DNA of 64,000 bases, from the NCBI GenBank assembly GCA_035526825.1, contig DATLBT010000012.1:1414-65413 (forward strand), given 5' to 3'. The DNA comes from Verrucomicrobiia bacterium. GTDB taxonomy: Bacteria > Pseudomonadota > Gammaproteobacteria > Nevskiales > Nevskiaceae. The notes beneath the pieces are model-generated. The model was not told the origin of the DNA. It saw only the letters and a list, made by a program, of their open reading frames with translations, and did not search any database. Of this stretch, positions 25,534 to 34,712 are shown piece after piece; the stretch's first letter is position 1; each line of letters begins with the position of its first letter. The position numbers were made by a program, and so were the translations under genes.

Positions 25534-25759
25534 GTGCCATCAAGGCTTGAGCTTGCCCCCGGTCAAGCTTCAACGTGCCGACCTCCGATGCCGCTGCTCC
25601 CTCAGCGCGCAGACCCGCCCCGGGGGTTGGCACCATTCGACGTCATCCCCCGCGTCGACGCCGGCCGTGCCGGGGCTTCTTCACAACAGAGAGTTGAACC
25701 GGGCCGCAGCAAGCGCCACTCTTCGTGTCGGTATTCGAGGCAATTACGCGGGGATATGC

Positions 25760-26725
25760 ATGCGGAATGGCCCACTTCAAACGAATCTGCTCTGCAGCCT
25801 ATTAGCAGTCATGCTCCTGGCGAGCGCGGCGAGCGCTCAGGAGAACGCGGCTCTCGTGTACTCAGACGCCACTAGACCTACTAGCGGTGCGGAGAATGCA
25901 GCGTTCGTTTGGCACCCGACCGACAAGGAGTTGCTCGCTTTCCAAGCAGCGCGGCTTGATGCGGACGCCCGATTCCTTCTGCTCAAAAGGCAGCGCGACG
26001 CAGGTCTCATCGACAAGGCGACGTTTGAACTGGCATCCGAGCAACATGCTCGTGCGTCCAATGCCTACTTCACCCTGGTGGATCGAGGAGGTCAGATTTC
26101 AGCCGCTAGTGCGAACAACTACCTGACGGACCTCTTCTTGTTCACCGCATCGCCGCGCAGCGTTGGCGGGCCTTCGGTTCTTTCTGCGGCGCTTATTAGT
26201 CGCGGAGAAGACGGGGCAATTCGAGTCGACGCCGACTCGCTTCAGACCAGCCTGGAGAATCGCTTCCAGCAACTCCGGGGCGACATTCCAATCGAAAGCG
26301 ATGCTCGCCCCCTCAATGCATACCTCGATGAGCTCAAAACGAGCTCAACAGAAGCCGTAGATACCAGCCGAGGACAAGATGGGTTCGTTTCTTTCCAGCG
26401 TGCGATCGAGATTGCCACCCCGGTGCAGCAATATCAGTTGACGCTGATGAGGGCCTCGCCTTGGCAGTTGCATCTCTCCCTTCGCACGACACCCTCACAA
26501 GCGAGCGTTGTATTCACTACTCCCAGTGGGTACAGGGCCGATTTCACAACAAATACATCACGAACGACAATGCGTGGACTTGTCGACTACACGGTACAAA
26601 AAGCCGGATACAAGACGATTCGCGCTTCGAATCTAGACTTGGTCAATGCCGTGGAAGGCACATTTTCTTGTGTGCTGATTCCTGTCGCAGACCAGCAGCC
26701 CGCCCAAGCCTGCAATATTCGATAA
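25760..26725 (+). CDS. Secreted hypothetical protein (signal peptide; possible PEGA-like C-terminal beta domain)
   Basis: MRNGPLQTNLLCSLLAVMLLASAASAQ is a signal peptide. GC is visibly lower than the flanks. The upstream part of the 25253 ORF is an unlikely extension. Confidence 0.55.
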   Translation: MRNGPLQTNLLCSLLAVMLLASAASAQENAALVYSDATRPTSGAENAAFVWHPTDKELLAFQAARLDADARFLLLKRQRDAGLIDKATFELASEQHARASNAYFTLVDRGGQISAASANNYLTDLFLFTASPRSVGGPSVLSAALISRGEDGAIRVDADSLQTSLENRFQQLRGDIPIESDARPLNAYLDELKTSSTEAVDTSRGQDGFVSFQRAIEIATPVQQYQLTLMRASPWQLHLSLRTTPSQASVVFTTPSGYRADFTTNTSRTTMRGLVDYTVQKAGYKTIRASNLDLVNAVEGTFSCVLIPVADQQPAQACNIR

Positions 26726-26728
26726 AAC

Positions 26729-27328
26729 ATGACTCAGTCCCCATCTCGATCAGGAACTGCTGCAAAGTGGGGGCGAGTGCTGCTCGCAATCGGCGTCACG
26801 ATCCCAATTGGCCTCGCGCCGTTGCTGGGAACATGGGACGTTCCTGGGTTCCGCGCCTTGCTCTCCCTGTTCCCAGAAGGCCTTCAGGAATCATCCATCC
26901 GCTTTTCCACATTCGGAATGGCGGTCGTGGCGGCAAGCGTGCAATTTCTGTCTCAGGATACCTTCACTCGCAAAACGCTGAGACAAACATTCATTGGCGT
27001 AGTGGTCGCATTGTTCGCATTATTGTTCCTTCTCGCCAAATCCCACAACGAGCATGTCGTTCGAATTCCAGTAGGAGACGGTAGCGTGTCTGTTTCTTAC
27101 GTCGTCGGCTCGGAGCGAAAAGTGGGCTGTAGCTGTGCGGCTTCTGAAGGTGACGCACAATGCGTGAAGAGGATTGGGCTTGATGCTGCTCTCCTTCCGA
27201 GTTGCTGGAACGAGAAGGAGCTCAGGGGCATTGCATTTGCGCTTCAGGCCAAATACGTCTTGTTGATGATTGGGCTGGGCGCGCTTGTAGGCCTGATCGT
27301 CTTGGCCCCTGCGCGAAGTCGCCGATAG
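26729..27328 (+). CDS. Hypothetical integral membrane protein
   Basis: Starts 4 nt after the previous gene. Several hydrophobic helices (VLLAIGVTIPIGLAPLL; FIGVVVALFALLFLLA; YVLLMIGLGALVGLIVLA) and a Cys-rich loop (CSCAASEGDAQC). Lower GC. Confidence 0.55.
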   Translation: MTQSPSRSGTAAKWGRVLLAIGVTIPIGLAPLLGTWDVPGFRALLSLFPEGLQESSIRFSTFGMAVVAASVQFLSQDTFTRKTLRQTFIGVVVALFALLFLLAKSHNEHVVRIPVGDGSVSVSYVVGSERKVGCSCAASEGDAQCVKRIGLDAALLPSCWNEKELRGIAFALQAKYVLLMIGLGALVGLIVLAPARSRR

Positions 27329-27359
27329 CCAAAGGGTTATTTCCGTCGCTAAGGGCGAC

Positions 27360-27390
27360 TTGACCTTCCCACAGGGGTAAGCCCCAACCT
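27360..27390 (+). promoter_or_regulatory. MerR/CueR-type promoter of copZ
   Basis: TTGACC-TTCCCACAGGGGTAAGCCC-CAACCT. 19-nt spacer. Very close to E. coli PcopA, whose -35 is TTGACC and -10 is TAACCT. Confidence 0.65.
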
Positions 27391-27422
27391 GCTTCGCATG
27401 TCCACCATCGAGGCGAAGACGT

Positions 27423-27629
27423 ATGCGCTTTTGCGTTGAAAGCATGACCTGCGGCCACTGTGACCGCACCATCCGCAAGGCGATTTCGGCGCTGTCGCCG
27501 CAGGCGACCGTCATCATCGACTTGCGCGCCAAGACCGTCGAGATCGACGGCGCGCTTACTGCAGTGCAAGTCGTCGCTGCGCTCGCCGATGAAGGCTATT
27601 CGGCGGTGCAAACCAGCGAAATGGCCTGA
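27423..27629 (+). CDS. copZ: HMA-domain copper chaperone CopZ
   Basis: 68-aa protein with a MTCGHC metal-binding motif (MRFCVESMTCGHCDRTIRKAI). Confidence 0.8.
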   Translation: MRFCVESMTCGHCDRTIRKAISALSPQATVIIDLRAKTVEIDGALTAVQVVAALADEGYSAVQTSEMA

Positions 27630-27647
27630 GGCCGCGCTCGAGGCAGG

Positions 27648-27685
27648 AAAGAGGCCAGCCCTTGCGGCTGGCCTCTTCGTTTTTG
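27648..27685. terminator. Bidirectional rho-independent terminator between copZ and cusF
   Basis: Perfect 12-bp stem AAGAGGCCAGCC / GGCTGGCCTCTT with a 5-nt loop (CTTGC), followed by CGTTTTT. Confidence 0.8.
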
Positions 27686-27686
27686 G

Positions 27687-28058
27687 TCACTGCTTGGTGA
27701 TAGAGACGATCGTGCCGTCCATGCCGGTCGAGTCGAATTCGAAAGTGACGTTGTCGCCCGCCTTGATTGCCGACAAGTCCGTGTTCGGAGCCTGGAACGC
27801 CATCGTCATGCCGGGCCAGCCGAGTGCGTCGACGGGGCCGTGCGCGATGGTGATCGTCTTCGCTGTCGCGTCGATGGATTCCACGACGCCCGTGGCCGTG
27901 GCGCGCTTGGATTCCGCTGGCGCGGGAGGTGGGGTCGCCGGCGACGCGGGCTCGGCGGCCGCAGGTGCAGGTGCTTGCGCGGCTGGCACGGCCGGCTCCG
28001 GAGTGCGGTTGCAGCCGGCAATGCTCAACACGGCAAGAAGAAGGACGAAACGCTTCAT
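27687..28058 (-). CDS. cusF: Periplasmic Cu(I)/Ag(I)-binding lipoprotein CusF
   Basis: Lipobox LSIAGC, Pro/Ala-rich linker, and a CusF fold segment ([33 protein letters not shown]). The cusA stop overlaps its start (ATGA). Confidence 0.75.
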   Translation of the reverse strand: MKRFVLLLAVLSIAGCNRTPEPAVPAAQAPAPAAAEPASPATPPPAPAESKRATATGVVESIDATAKTITIAHGPVDALGWPGMTMAFQAPNTDLSAIKAGDNVTFEFDSTGMDGTIVSITKQ

Positions 28059-31000
28059 GGTGAACTCCTCGGGGTAGTAGCCCGCGTGCGGGCGAGATGG
28101 CGTTGTTGCAATAGTCGATATGCCGCGGGAATCACGAGCATCGACAGCAGCGGCGCGCTGAGCATGCCGCCGACCATCGGCGCGGCGATGCGCTGCATGA
28201 CCTCGGCGCCGGCGCCGCCGCCGAGAAGGATCGGTAGCAGACCCGCGAGGATCACCGCCACGGTCATTGCCTTGGGGCGTACGCGTTGTACCGCGCCTTC
28301 GCGGATGGCCGCGTCAAGCTCGGCGAGTCCAGCATTTGGATTCTCGGCGAGCTGCCGCTCCCACGCGTGTTGCAGGTACAGCAGCATGATGATGCCGAAC
28401 TCGGCGGCGACGCCGGCCAGCGCGATGAAGCCGATCAGTGTGGCCACCGACACTGCGTGGCCCATCAGCCAGATCAGCCACAGCCCACCCACCAGCGCGA
28501 ACGGCAGGCTGAGCATGATCAGCCCGGCCTCCGACGCGCGACGGAACACCAGGAAGATCAGCCCGAAGATGATCACCAGCGTGGCCGGCACGACCCAGCG
28601 CAGGCGCGCCGTGGCGCGCGCCAGGTATTCGTACTGGCCCGACCAGGCGATCGCGTAGCCCGCGGGCAGCTCGACCTGCTTGGCTACGGCCGCCTGCAGA
28701 TCCGCAACGACCGAGCCAAGATCGCGCCCGGCCACATCCACGTACACGTAGGTCACGAGCCGGCCGTTGTCGCTCCGGAGCATGGGCGGCCCGGGGGCGA
28801 ACGACAGATCCGCGAGCTGGCCCAGCGTCACCTGCGCGCCGCCGGGGGCGACGCACGGCAACTGCGCGAGCGCCGCCGGCGAATCGCGCCAAGTCGCGGG
28901 ATAGCGCACGACGATCGGATAGCGCTCGCGCCCCTGGATGGTCTCGCCAATCGGCTCGCCGCCGATGACGGTGGCGATGATCCGTTGTACGTCAGCCTGG
29001 CTCAGGCCGTAGCGCATCGCGGCATCGGGCCGGACGCGCACGTCGAGGTAGCGGCCGCCTTCCACGCGCTCGGCGAGCGCGGAGCTCACACCGGGCACCG
29101 TACGCGCGATCTGCTCGACGCGGTCACCAAGCTGCGCGAGCGTCGCCAGGTCCGGTCCCGACACCTTGATGCCGATCGGGCTCTTGATGCCGGTGGCGAG
29201 CATGTCGATGCGGTTTCGGATCGGCGGCACCCACAGGTTGGTCAGGCCCGGCACCTGCACCGCGCGGTCGAGTTCGGCGCGCAGCTTCTCCGGCGTCATG
29301 CCCGCGCGCCACTGGTCGCGCGGCTTGAAGGTCACCGTGGTCTCGAACATCTCCAGCGGCGCCGGGTCGGTGGCGGTTTCGGCGCGACCGGCCTTGCCGA
29401 AAACGTGTTCCACCTCGGGCACGGTCTTGATCATGCGATCCGTCAGTTGCAGCAGTTCGCTGGCCTTGCCCGCCGACAGCCCCGGCAATGCCGTGGGCAT
29501 GTACAACAACGTGCCCTCCTCCAGCGGCGGCATGAACTCGCTGCCCATGCGCAGCAGCGGCACCAGGCTCAGCAGCAGCACGACGCCCGCCATGAGCAGC
29601 ACGCTCTTGGGAAAGCGCAGCACCGCGCCGATCACCGGTTTGTAGATTGCGATCAGGCTGCGGTTGATCGGGTTTTCCTGCTCCGAGCGAATTCGCCCCC
29701 GGATCAGGTAACCCATGAGAACCGGCACGAGGGTGATCGCCAGGCCCGCGGCGGCGGCCATCGCGTAGGTCTTGGTGAAGGCCAGCGGCGAGAACAACCG
29801 GCCCTCCTGCGCCTGCAGGGCGAACACCGGCACGAAGGAGAGCGTGATGACCAGCAGGCTGATGAACAACGCGGGTCCGACCTCGGAGGCGGCGGTTGCT
29901 ACCAGCGCCCAGCGCTCGGCCCCATCCGGGTCGCGCCCTGCCCTGGCGCGGAAATGCTCGAGGTGCTTGTGCGCGTTCTCGATCATTACCACCGCCGCGT
30001 CGACCATCGCGCCGATGGCGATGGCGATGCCACCGAGCGAGAGCAGGTTGGCGCTGATGCCCTGCTGGTGCATCACCACGAACGCGGCGAGGATGCCCAG
30101 TGGCAGGGTAACGACCGCCACCAGCGCCGATCGCAGGTGCCATAGGAACAGCGCGCACACCACGAGCACGACCAGGAATTCTTCCACCAGTTTCCCGCTG
30201 AGGTTGCGCACCGCCTCGCGGATAAGGCCCGAGCGGTCGTACACGGGGACGATCTCGACGCCGGGTGGCAGGCTCGACTTGAGCGCCGCGAGTTTGGCCT
30301 TCACCGCATCGATGGCGACCAGCGCGTTCTTGCCCGAGCGCAGGATCACCACGCCCCCGGCGACCTCTCCCTCCCCGTCGAGTTCGGCGATGCCCCGGCG
30401 CAGCGTTGGACCGCGTTGCACGCGCGCCACATCCTGCAGCAACACCGGCACGCCATCGGCGCCGCTGCGGATCGGCACGCGCTCGAAGTCGGCGGCCTCG
30501 CGCAGGTAGCCTTCGCTGCGCACCATCACTTCGGCCTCGCCCAGTTCGATCACCGAGCCCCCGGTGGCGCCGTTGGCGGCACAAATGGCCTCCACGAGTT
30601 CGTCGATCGTGATGCCGCGTGCTGCGAGGGCATTGGGGTCGGGCACGACCTGCCAGGCCTGCACCATGCCGCCCATCGTCGCGACCTCGGCGACATCCGG
30701 AATGGTTTTCAGCTCGTAGCGCAGGAACCAGTCCTGCAGCGAACGCAGCTGGCCCAAGTCGTGCGTGCCGCTGCGATCGACGATCGCGTACTCGTAGATC
30801 CAGCCCAATCCAGTCGCATCCGGCCCCAGCGTCGGCGTGGCGGCGGGCGGCAAGCGGTCGCGCGCCTGGCTCAACACTTCGAGCACGCGCGATCGTGCCC
30901 AGTACAGGTCGGTGTCGTCGTCGAACAGGACGTACACGAACGAGTCGCCGAAAAAGGAGAAGCCGCGCACTGCGGTCACGCCCGGCACCGACAGCAGCGT

Positions 31001-31213
31001 CGTGGTGAGCGGATAAGTGACCTGGTCCTCGACGATGCGCGGCGTCTGCCCGGGCCACGAGGTGCGAATGATCACCTGCGTGTCGGACAGGTCGGGCAGC
31101 GCATCGAGTGGTGTGCGCAGGACGGACCACACACCGGCGATGGCGAGCACGAGCGCGGCCAGCAGCACCAGGCCGCGGTGGGCGATCGAGGCGTGGATGA
31201 TGCGGGCGATCAC
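28055..31213 (-). CDS. cusA: Heavy-metal efflux RND transporter CusA
   Basis: 1052-aa RND protein with the HME-type N-terminus ([23 protein letters not shown]) and conserved RND transmembrane motifs. Operon order is cusC-cusB-cusA-cusF. Confidence 0.95.
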   Translation of the reverse strand: MIARIIHASIAHRGLVLLAALVLAIAGVWSVLRTPLDALPDLSDTQVIIRTSWPGQTPRIVEDQVTYPLTTTLLSVPGVTAVRGFSFFGDSFVYVLFDDDTDLYWARSRVLEVLSQARDRLPPAATPTLGPDATGLGWIYEYAIVDRSGTHDLGQLRSLQDWFLRYELKTIPDVAEVATMGGMVQAWQVVPDPNALAARGITIDELVEAICAANGATGGSVIELGEAEVMVRSEGYLREAADFERVPIRSGADGVPVLLQDVARVQRGPTLRRGIAELDGEGEVAGGVVILRSGKNALVAIDAVKAKLAALKSSLPPGVEIVPVYDRSGLIREAVRNLSGKLVEEFLVVLVVCALFLWHLRSALVAVVTLPLGILAAFVVMHQQGISANLLSLGGIAIAIGAMVDAAVVMIENAHKHLEHFRARAGRDPDGAERWALVATAASEVGPALFISLLVITLSFVPVFALQAQEGRLFSPLAFTKTYAMAAAAGLAITLVPVLMGYLIRGRIRSEQENPINRSLIAIYKPVIGAVLRFPKSVLLMAGVVLLLSLVPLLRMGSEFMPPLEEGTLLYMPTALPGLSAGKASELLQLTDRMIKTVPEVEHVFGKAGRAETATDPAPLEMFETTVTFKPRDQWRAGMTPEKLRAELDRAVQVPGLTNLWVPPIRNRIDMLATGIKSPIGIKVSGPDLATLAQLGDRVEQIARTVPGVSSALAERVEGGRYLDVRVRPDAAMRYGLSQADVQRIIATVIGGEPIGETIQGRERYPIVVRYPATWRDSPAALAQLPCVAPGGAQVTLGQLADLSFAPGPPMLRSDNGRLVTYVYVDVAGRDLGSVVADLQAAVAKQVELPAGYAIAWSGQYEYLARATARLRWVVPATLVIIFGLIFLVFRRASEAGLIMLSLPFALVGGLWLIWLMGHAVSVATLIGFIALAGVAAEFGIIMLLYLQHAWERQLAENPNAGLAELDAAIREGAVQRVRPKAMTVAVILAGLLPILLGGGAGAEVMQRIAAPMVGGMLSAPLLSMLVIPAAYRLLQQRHLARTRATTPRSSP

Positions 31214-32433
31214 GGCGTGTCGTCCTTTGCGCCGAGCCGTTCGAGCGCGCCCGACAGGTTGGCTTCCGAATCGATGAGGAACTGACCCGACGCGACGACC
31301 TGCTCGCCGCCTGACAGCCCCGACACGATCTCGGTCATGCCGCCGCCGCTGCGGCCCGTGCGCACGATCGTCAGCACGAAGCGGTCATTCGCGAGCACGA
31401 TGACGCGCGGTTGCGTGCCGTCGTCGATGATCGCGCCGGAAGGCACCAGCACCGCATCACCGGACGCAGCTGGGCGCAATGCCACCTGCACGAACTGGCC
31501 GGGCACGAGGCGCCCTTCGGGGTTGTCGAGCACGATTCGGGCGCGCTGCGTGCGCGTGCCTGCATCCACCTGGGGTAGCAAAGCTTCGATCGTGCCTGTG
31601 AACGTCTCGCCCGGCAGCGCATCGACGCTCACATCCACCGGCGTGCCGGTGCCCGCGGAGCTCGCCGCTAGCGGCGGCAACGCGGCCTCGACCCACACGC
31701 TGCCCGTGCCATTGAGGCGCAGCAGCGGCATGCCCGCCGCGACGGCCTGGCCTTCGCGCACAACGATCTCACTCACCACACCTGCCGCCGGCGCGGTCAG
31801 CACGATCGCGCCGCGTGCATCGACCTTGGCGCCGGCCGGCAGTCCCAACGCCCGCAGCCGTCCGCCGGTGGCGGCTTGCAGGCTGCGCCCTTCCACCGAC
31901 TGCGCATTGCGCAGCGCCCCGGCCTCGGCGAGCGCGGCGCTCCACGTGGGCGAACGCACGGCCATTAGCACCTGGCCGGATCGCACCGGCTCGAATGGCG
32001 TGCGCACGAACAATCGCTCGACCACCGCATCGACCGGCAGGCTGATCACCCGCTCCTCGCGCAGGTTCCAGCCGATCGTGCCGGGCACGCGCTGGGTCGC
32101 CGGCAAACGACCGCGCGTGGCGACGACGGTGCGGATGCCGAGGTTCTGGCGCACTTCGGGGGCGATGCGTACGCCGGCGGAACCTGGCGCGTCGTCGGCG
32201 TACTTCGGCACCAGCTGCATGTCCATGAAGGGTGACTTGCCAGGCTTGTCGAAGTGCTGGTTCGGCACCATCGGGTCGTACCAGTACAGGACCTTTTTCT
32301 CTGCGGACGTGGCGGACGTGGCCGGCGCCGGGCCCGCGTCGCCGGCGTTACCCCAGAGATACCCCAGGCCCAACGCGCCGGCGAGCAGAAGGCCACCGGC
32401 GGCGATGACGGCGACGCGTTCGTTGCGGGTCAT
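31210..32433 (-). CDS. cusB: Efflux RND periplasmic adaptor CusB
   Basis: The [27 protein letters not shown] segment is typical of CusB. Membrane-fusion-protein barrel and hairpin regions are present. Both ends overlap the neighbouring genes by 4 nt. Confidence 0.85.
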   Translation of the reverse strand: MTRNERVAVIAAGGLLLAGALGLGYLWGNAGDAGPAPATSATSAEKKVLYWYDPMVPNQHFDKPGKSPFMDMQLVPKYADDAPGSAGVRIAPEVRQNLGIRTVVATRGRLPATQRVPGTIGWNLREERVISLPVDAVVERLFVRTPFEPVRSGQVLMAVRSPTWSAALAEAGALRNAQSVEGRSLQAATGGRLRALGLPAGAKVDARGAIVLTAPAAGVVSEIVVREGQAVAAGMPLLRLNGTGSVWVEAALPPLAASSAGTGTPVDVSVDALPGETFTGTIEALLPQVDAGTRTQRARIVLDNPEGRLVPGQFVQVALRPAASGDAVLVPSGAIIDDGTQPRVIVLANDRFVLTIVRTGRSGGGMTEIVSGLSGGEQVVASGQFLIDSEANLSGALERLGAKDDTP

Positions 32434-33680
32434 GGCGCGTTCTCCGGCAGCAGGAAGGCGAGCGCGGCCCAGACGCGGCCGAGCTCACCGAGGTGCTCGG
32501 CGTGCGAGCGATGGACTTCGAGCTCGGCGACGCGCGCATCGAACCACGGCTGCAGCTCGCCACCGGCACGGTAGGCAGCCAGTGCCGCGGCGCTGCGATC
32601 CCGCGCCAGTGGCAGAAGGCGGCGTTCGTGCAGCGCCACCTGACGCTTCAATGCCTCCCAACGCACGAAGGCGGCATCGATCTCGGCAGCCAGAGCACGC
32701 CGCTCGTCCTCGCGTAACGCCAGCGCTTGTCGGTATTCGGCTTCCCGCGCCAGCACGCCGCGATCCTGGCGGCTGCGCTGGAACAGCGGCAGCGCGATGC
32801 CGACTTCGACGCTGAGCATGTCGCTGCGATCGCGGTCACGTTGGCCGTAGGCGGCGGTGAGGCTCCAGTCCGGGCGCTTGTCGGCACGCGAGGCATCGAC
32901 GGCCGCCGCGGCGGTCTCCACGCGGGCGCGGCTGCCCAGCAAGGGCGCGATCTCATCGAGCCGCGCCTGCAACTGGGAACGCGAGAAAGGCAGTGCATCG
33001 AACACCGGCGTGTTGGCGAGCGATGGTGCGCCTGCGCCCGGCACCCAGCGTCGCAGCGACGCCAGGGCGGCGTCACGTTGTCCTCGTGCGTCCTCGAGCT
33101 GGTTTTCGAGTTCCAGCCCTGCGGACTCGACAGCCAATGCGTCGGCGAGCGAGCCGGCGCCTCCGCCCGCGCGGGCCCGCGCCAGCTTCGCGGCCAGGCG
33201 CGCCTGCTCGCGCAGCTGCTCGAACGCATGCACCTCGTGGTTCACCGCCCACGCATCGATCCAGGCATCGGCCGCGGCGCGCTGCACGGCGAGCCGTTCG
33301 ACCGCCGCTTGCGCACGCGCTTCGTCCACCTGCCTCAGTGCCAATGTGCGCTGCGCATTGCGCTTGGCGGCGGCCGGGAATTCCTGGCGCACGCCGATGC
33401 GCTTCATGGTCATGTCGTCGAACGTGGGATCGAACGCATCGCCGCCGGTGACCGGCAGGTTCTCGATGCCGACCATGAGCATCGGATCGGGCAGCACGCC
33501 CGCGCGAGAGGCTTCGGCTTCGGCCGCGGCGACGACGGCATCCTGCGCTTCGAGTCGCGGTGCCTGCACGCCCGCGAGGCGCACGGCTTCGGCCAGGGTT
33601 AGCGGCGACTCGGCAGCGTGGGCGATGACCGGGCCGCATGCGGCCGCGATCAGGATGACTAGCGAGAGATAACGAGGCAT
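32430..33680 (-). CDS. cusC: Outer membrane efflux protein CusC (TolC family)
   Basis: Signal sequence MPRYLSLVILIAAACG. Two OEP repeats. The ATG at 33680 follows GGGAGG. Confidence 0.85.
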   Translation of the reverse strand: MPRYLSLVILIAAACGPVIAHAAESPLTLAEAVRLAGVQAPRLEAQDAVVAAAEAEASRAGVLPDPMLMVGIENLPVTGGDAFDPTFDDMTMKRIGVRQEFPAAAKRNAQRTLALRQVDEARAQAAVERLAVQRAAADAWIDAWAVNHEVHAFEQLREQARLAAKLARARAGGGAGSLADALAVESAGLELENQLEDARGQRDAALASLRRWVPGAGAPSLANTPVFDALPFSRSQLQARLDEIAPLLGSRARVETAAAAVDASRADKRPDWSLTAAYGQRDRDRSDMLSVEVGIALPLFQRSRQDRGVLAREAEYRQALALREDERRALAAEIDAAFVRWEALKRQVALHERRLLPLARDRSAAALAAYRAGGELQPWFDARVAELEVHRSHAEHLGELGRVWAALAFLLPENAP

Positions 33681-33755
33681 GGTGCCTCCCGACGAGAGCG
33701 ACGGAACGCACGCACGGCGCAAGGCGCCAGCGTGGCCAGTGGCAACGTCGGGTGG

Positions 33756-34133
33756 CTAAATGAGAAGGCTGCAGTAGCGCAATCGCGGGGGCGGGTCCGA
33801 CCGGACGATCGGCACCCCCACCTGTTGCGTGACATGCGACGCAGGAGGAGTGAGAACGAGCGAGAACGCGGGCGGCAACGCCAGCATCGGCACGCTAGGG
33901 GCACTGGCATCGGTCAGCAGCGTCAGGTCCGGCACGCAGTGCTTTTCGCACAGCATCAGCGATTCCGCCTGGACCGGCGCCATGTCCATCTGCGCGCAAT
34001 GCTCCATGCCGGCCGGCATCGGCGGCGGCGCCGCTTCGACCAGCTCGCAGGCATACGCCGCCATCGCTACCTGCTGGAACAGCAGGCTGGCGAGCACCAG
34101 CAGGCTCAGTCGAATATGGGCGCGGCGGAACAT
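33756..34133 (-). CDS. Small exported Cys/His/Met-rich protein upstream of cusC (DUF2946-like?)
   Basis: Signal/TM segment (IRLSLLVLASLLFQQVAMAAYA) followed by MPAGMEHCAQMDM and LMLCEKHCVPD. It is the first gene of the cus cluster. Confidence 0.45.
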   Translation of the reverse strand: MFRRAHIRLSLLVLASLLFQQVAMAAYACELVEAAPPPMPAGMEHCAQMDMAPVQAESLMLCEKHCVPDLTLLTDASAPSVPMLALPPAFSLVLTPPASHVTQQVGVPIVRSDPPPRLRYCSLLI

Positions 34134-34276
34134 ACGAGGATCCTACCGGCTCACGCCCGGCCGAGCCACCCGCCGGGGCACCCGATTCCACCGCAGACCG
34201 GCCCTGGAGTCTCCGGGGCGGGTCATGATCTTCCGCGGTGGCCGTTGTTGGATGGGATGGCGGCGACGCCGCCGCC

Positions 34277-34402
34277 CTAGTGCGGTACTTGTGCCGTCTC
34301 GTCCGATGCCACGGATCTTCCCTCGCGCGAGCGGTCCCGGAAGGCCAGCAGACGCAGGGCATTGGCAACAACCAGCAACGTTGATCCTTCGTCGAAAAGC
34401 GA
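34277..34402 (-). pseudogene. Remnant of the C-terminus of a heavy-metal P-type ATPase
   Basis: SLFDEGSTLLVVANALRLLAFRD resembles the copA C-terminus ([21 protein letters not shown]). Nothing upstream of it is in frame. Confidence 0.4.
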
Positions 34403-34689
34403 TGCCGGGGGTGCGGGAAACACCGCTCGAGAACCTGCAATGGCGCCTGACCTGGCCCGCTTACGATGAGTCGCAGTTGGCCGCGGCACTGGAGGATTAC
34501 CTGGGCGGCATCGGCCGGGATGACTTTGCGACCGCCGTTCGCCTTCGGCTGTGGAACGAGTTGAACGCTGCGCGCTACTGGAATGCTAATGCCTTGTTTG
34601 CCCTGGAGCGGCCATCTCGGTGCAGCCTGGAGGCGTGCGTCAGCGAACGACGCTTGGCACGCCTGCTTGTGGCTGAGCACGGTGTTTAA
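34402..34689 (+). pseudogene. Internal fragment paralogous to the hypothetical gene at 61154..61927
   Basis: TPLENLQWRLTWPAYDESQLAAALEDYLGGIGRDDFATAVRLRLWNELNAA aligns with TPIEQLQWRYAWGAYSRDALPEAIEEYLQSVPRDDYGLACRLKLWEELASA. It lacks the N- and C-terminal parts. Confidence 0.55.
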
Positions 34690-34712
34690 TCATTGCACGG
34701 CGCCGCTCGGCC

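Noticed and set aside
25253-25759. N-terminal 169-codon extension of the 490-aa ORF (25253..26725)
   Set aside because: The extension runs through the copA promoter/operator region and has Arg-rich, non-protein-like composition. A clean signal peptide starts at the ATG at 25760, which is used as the start.
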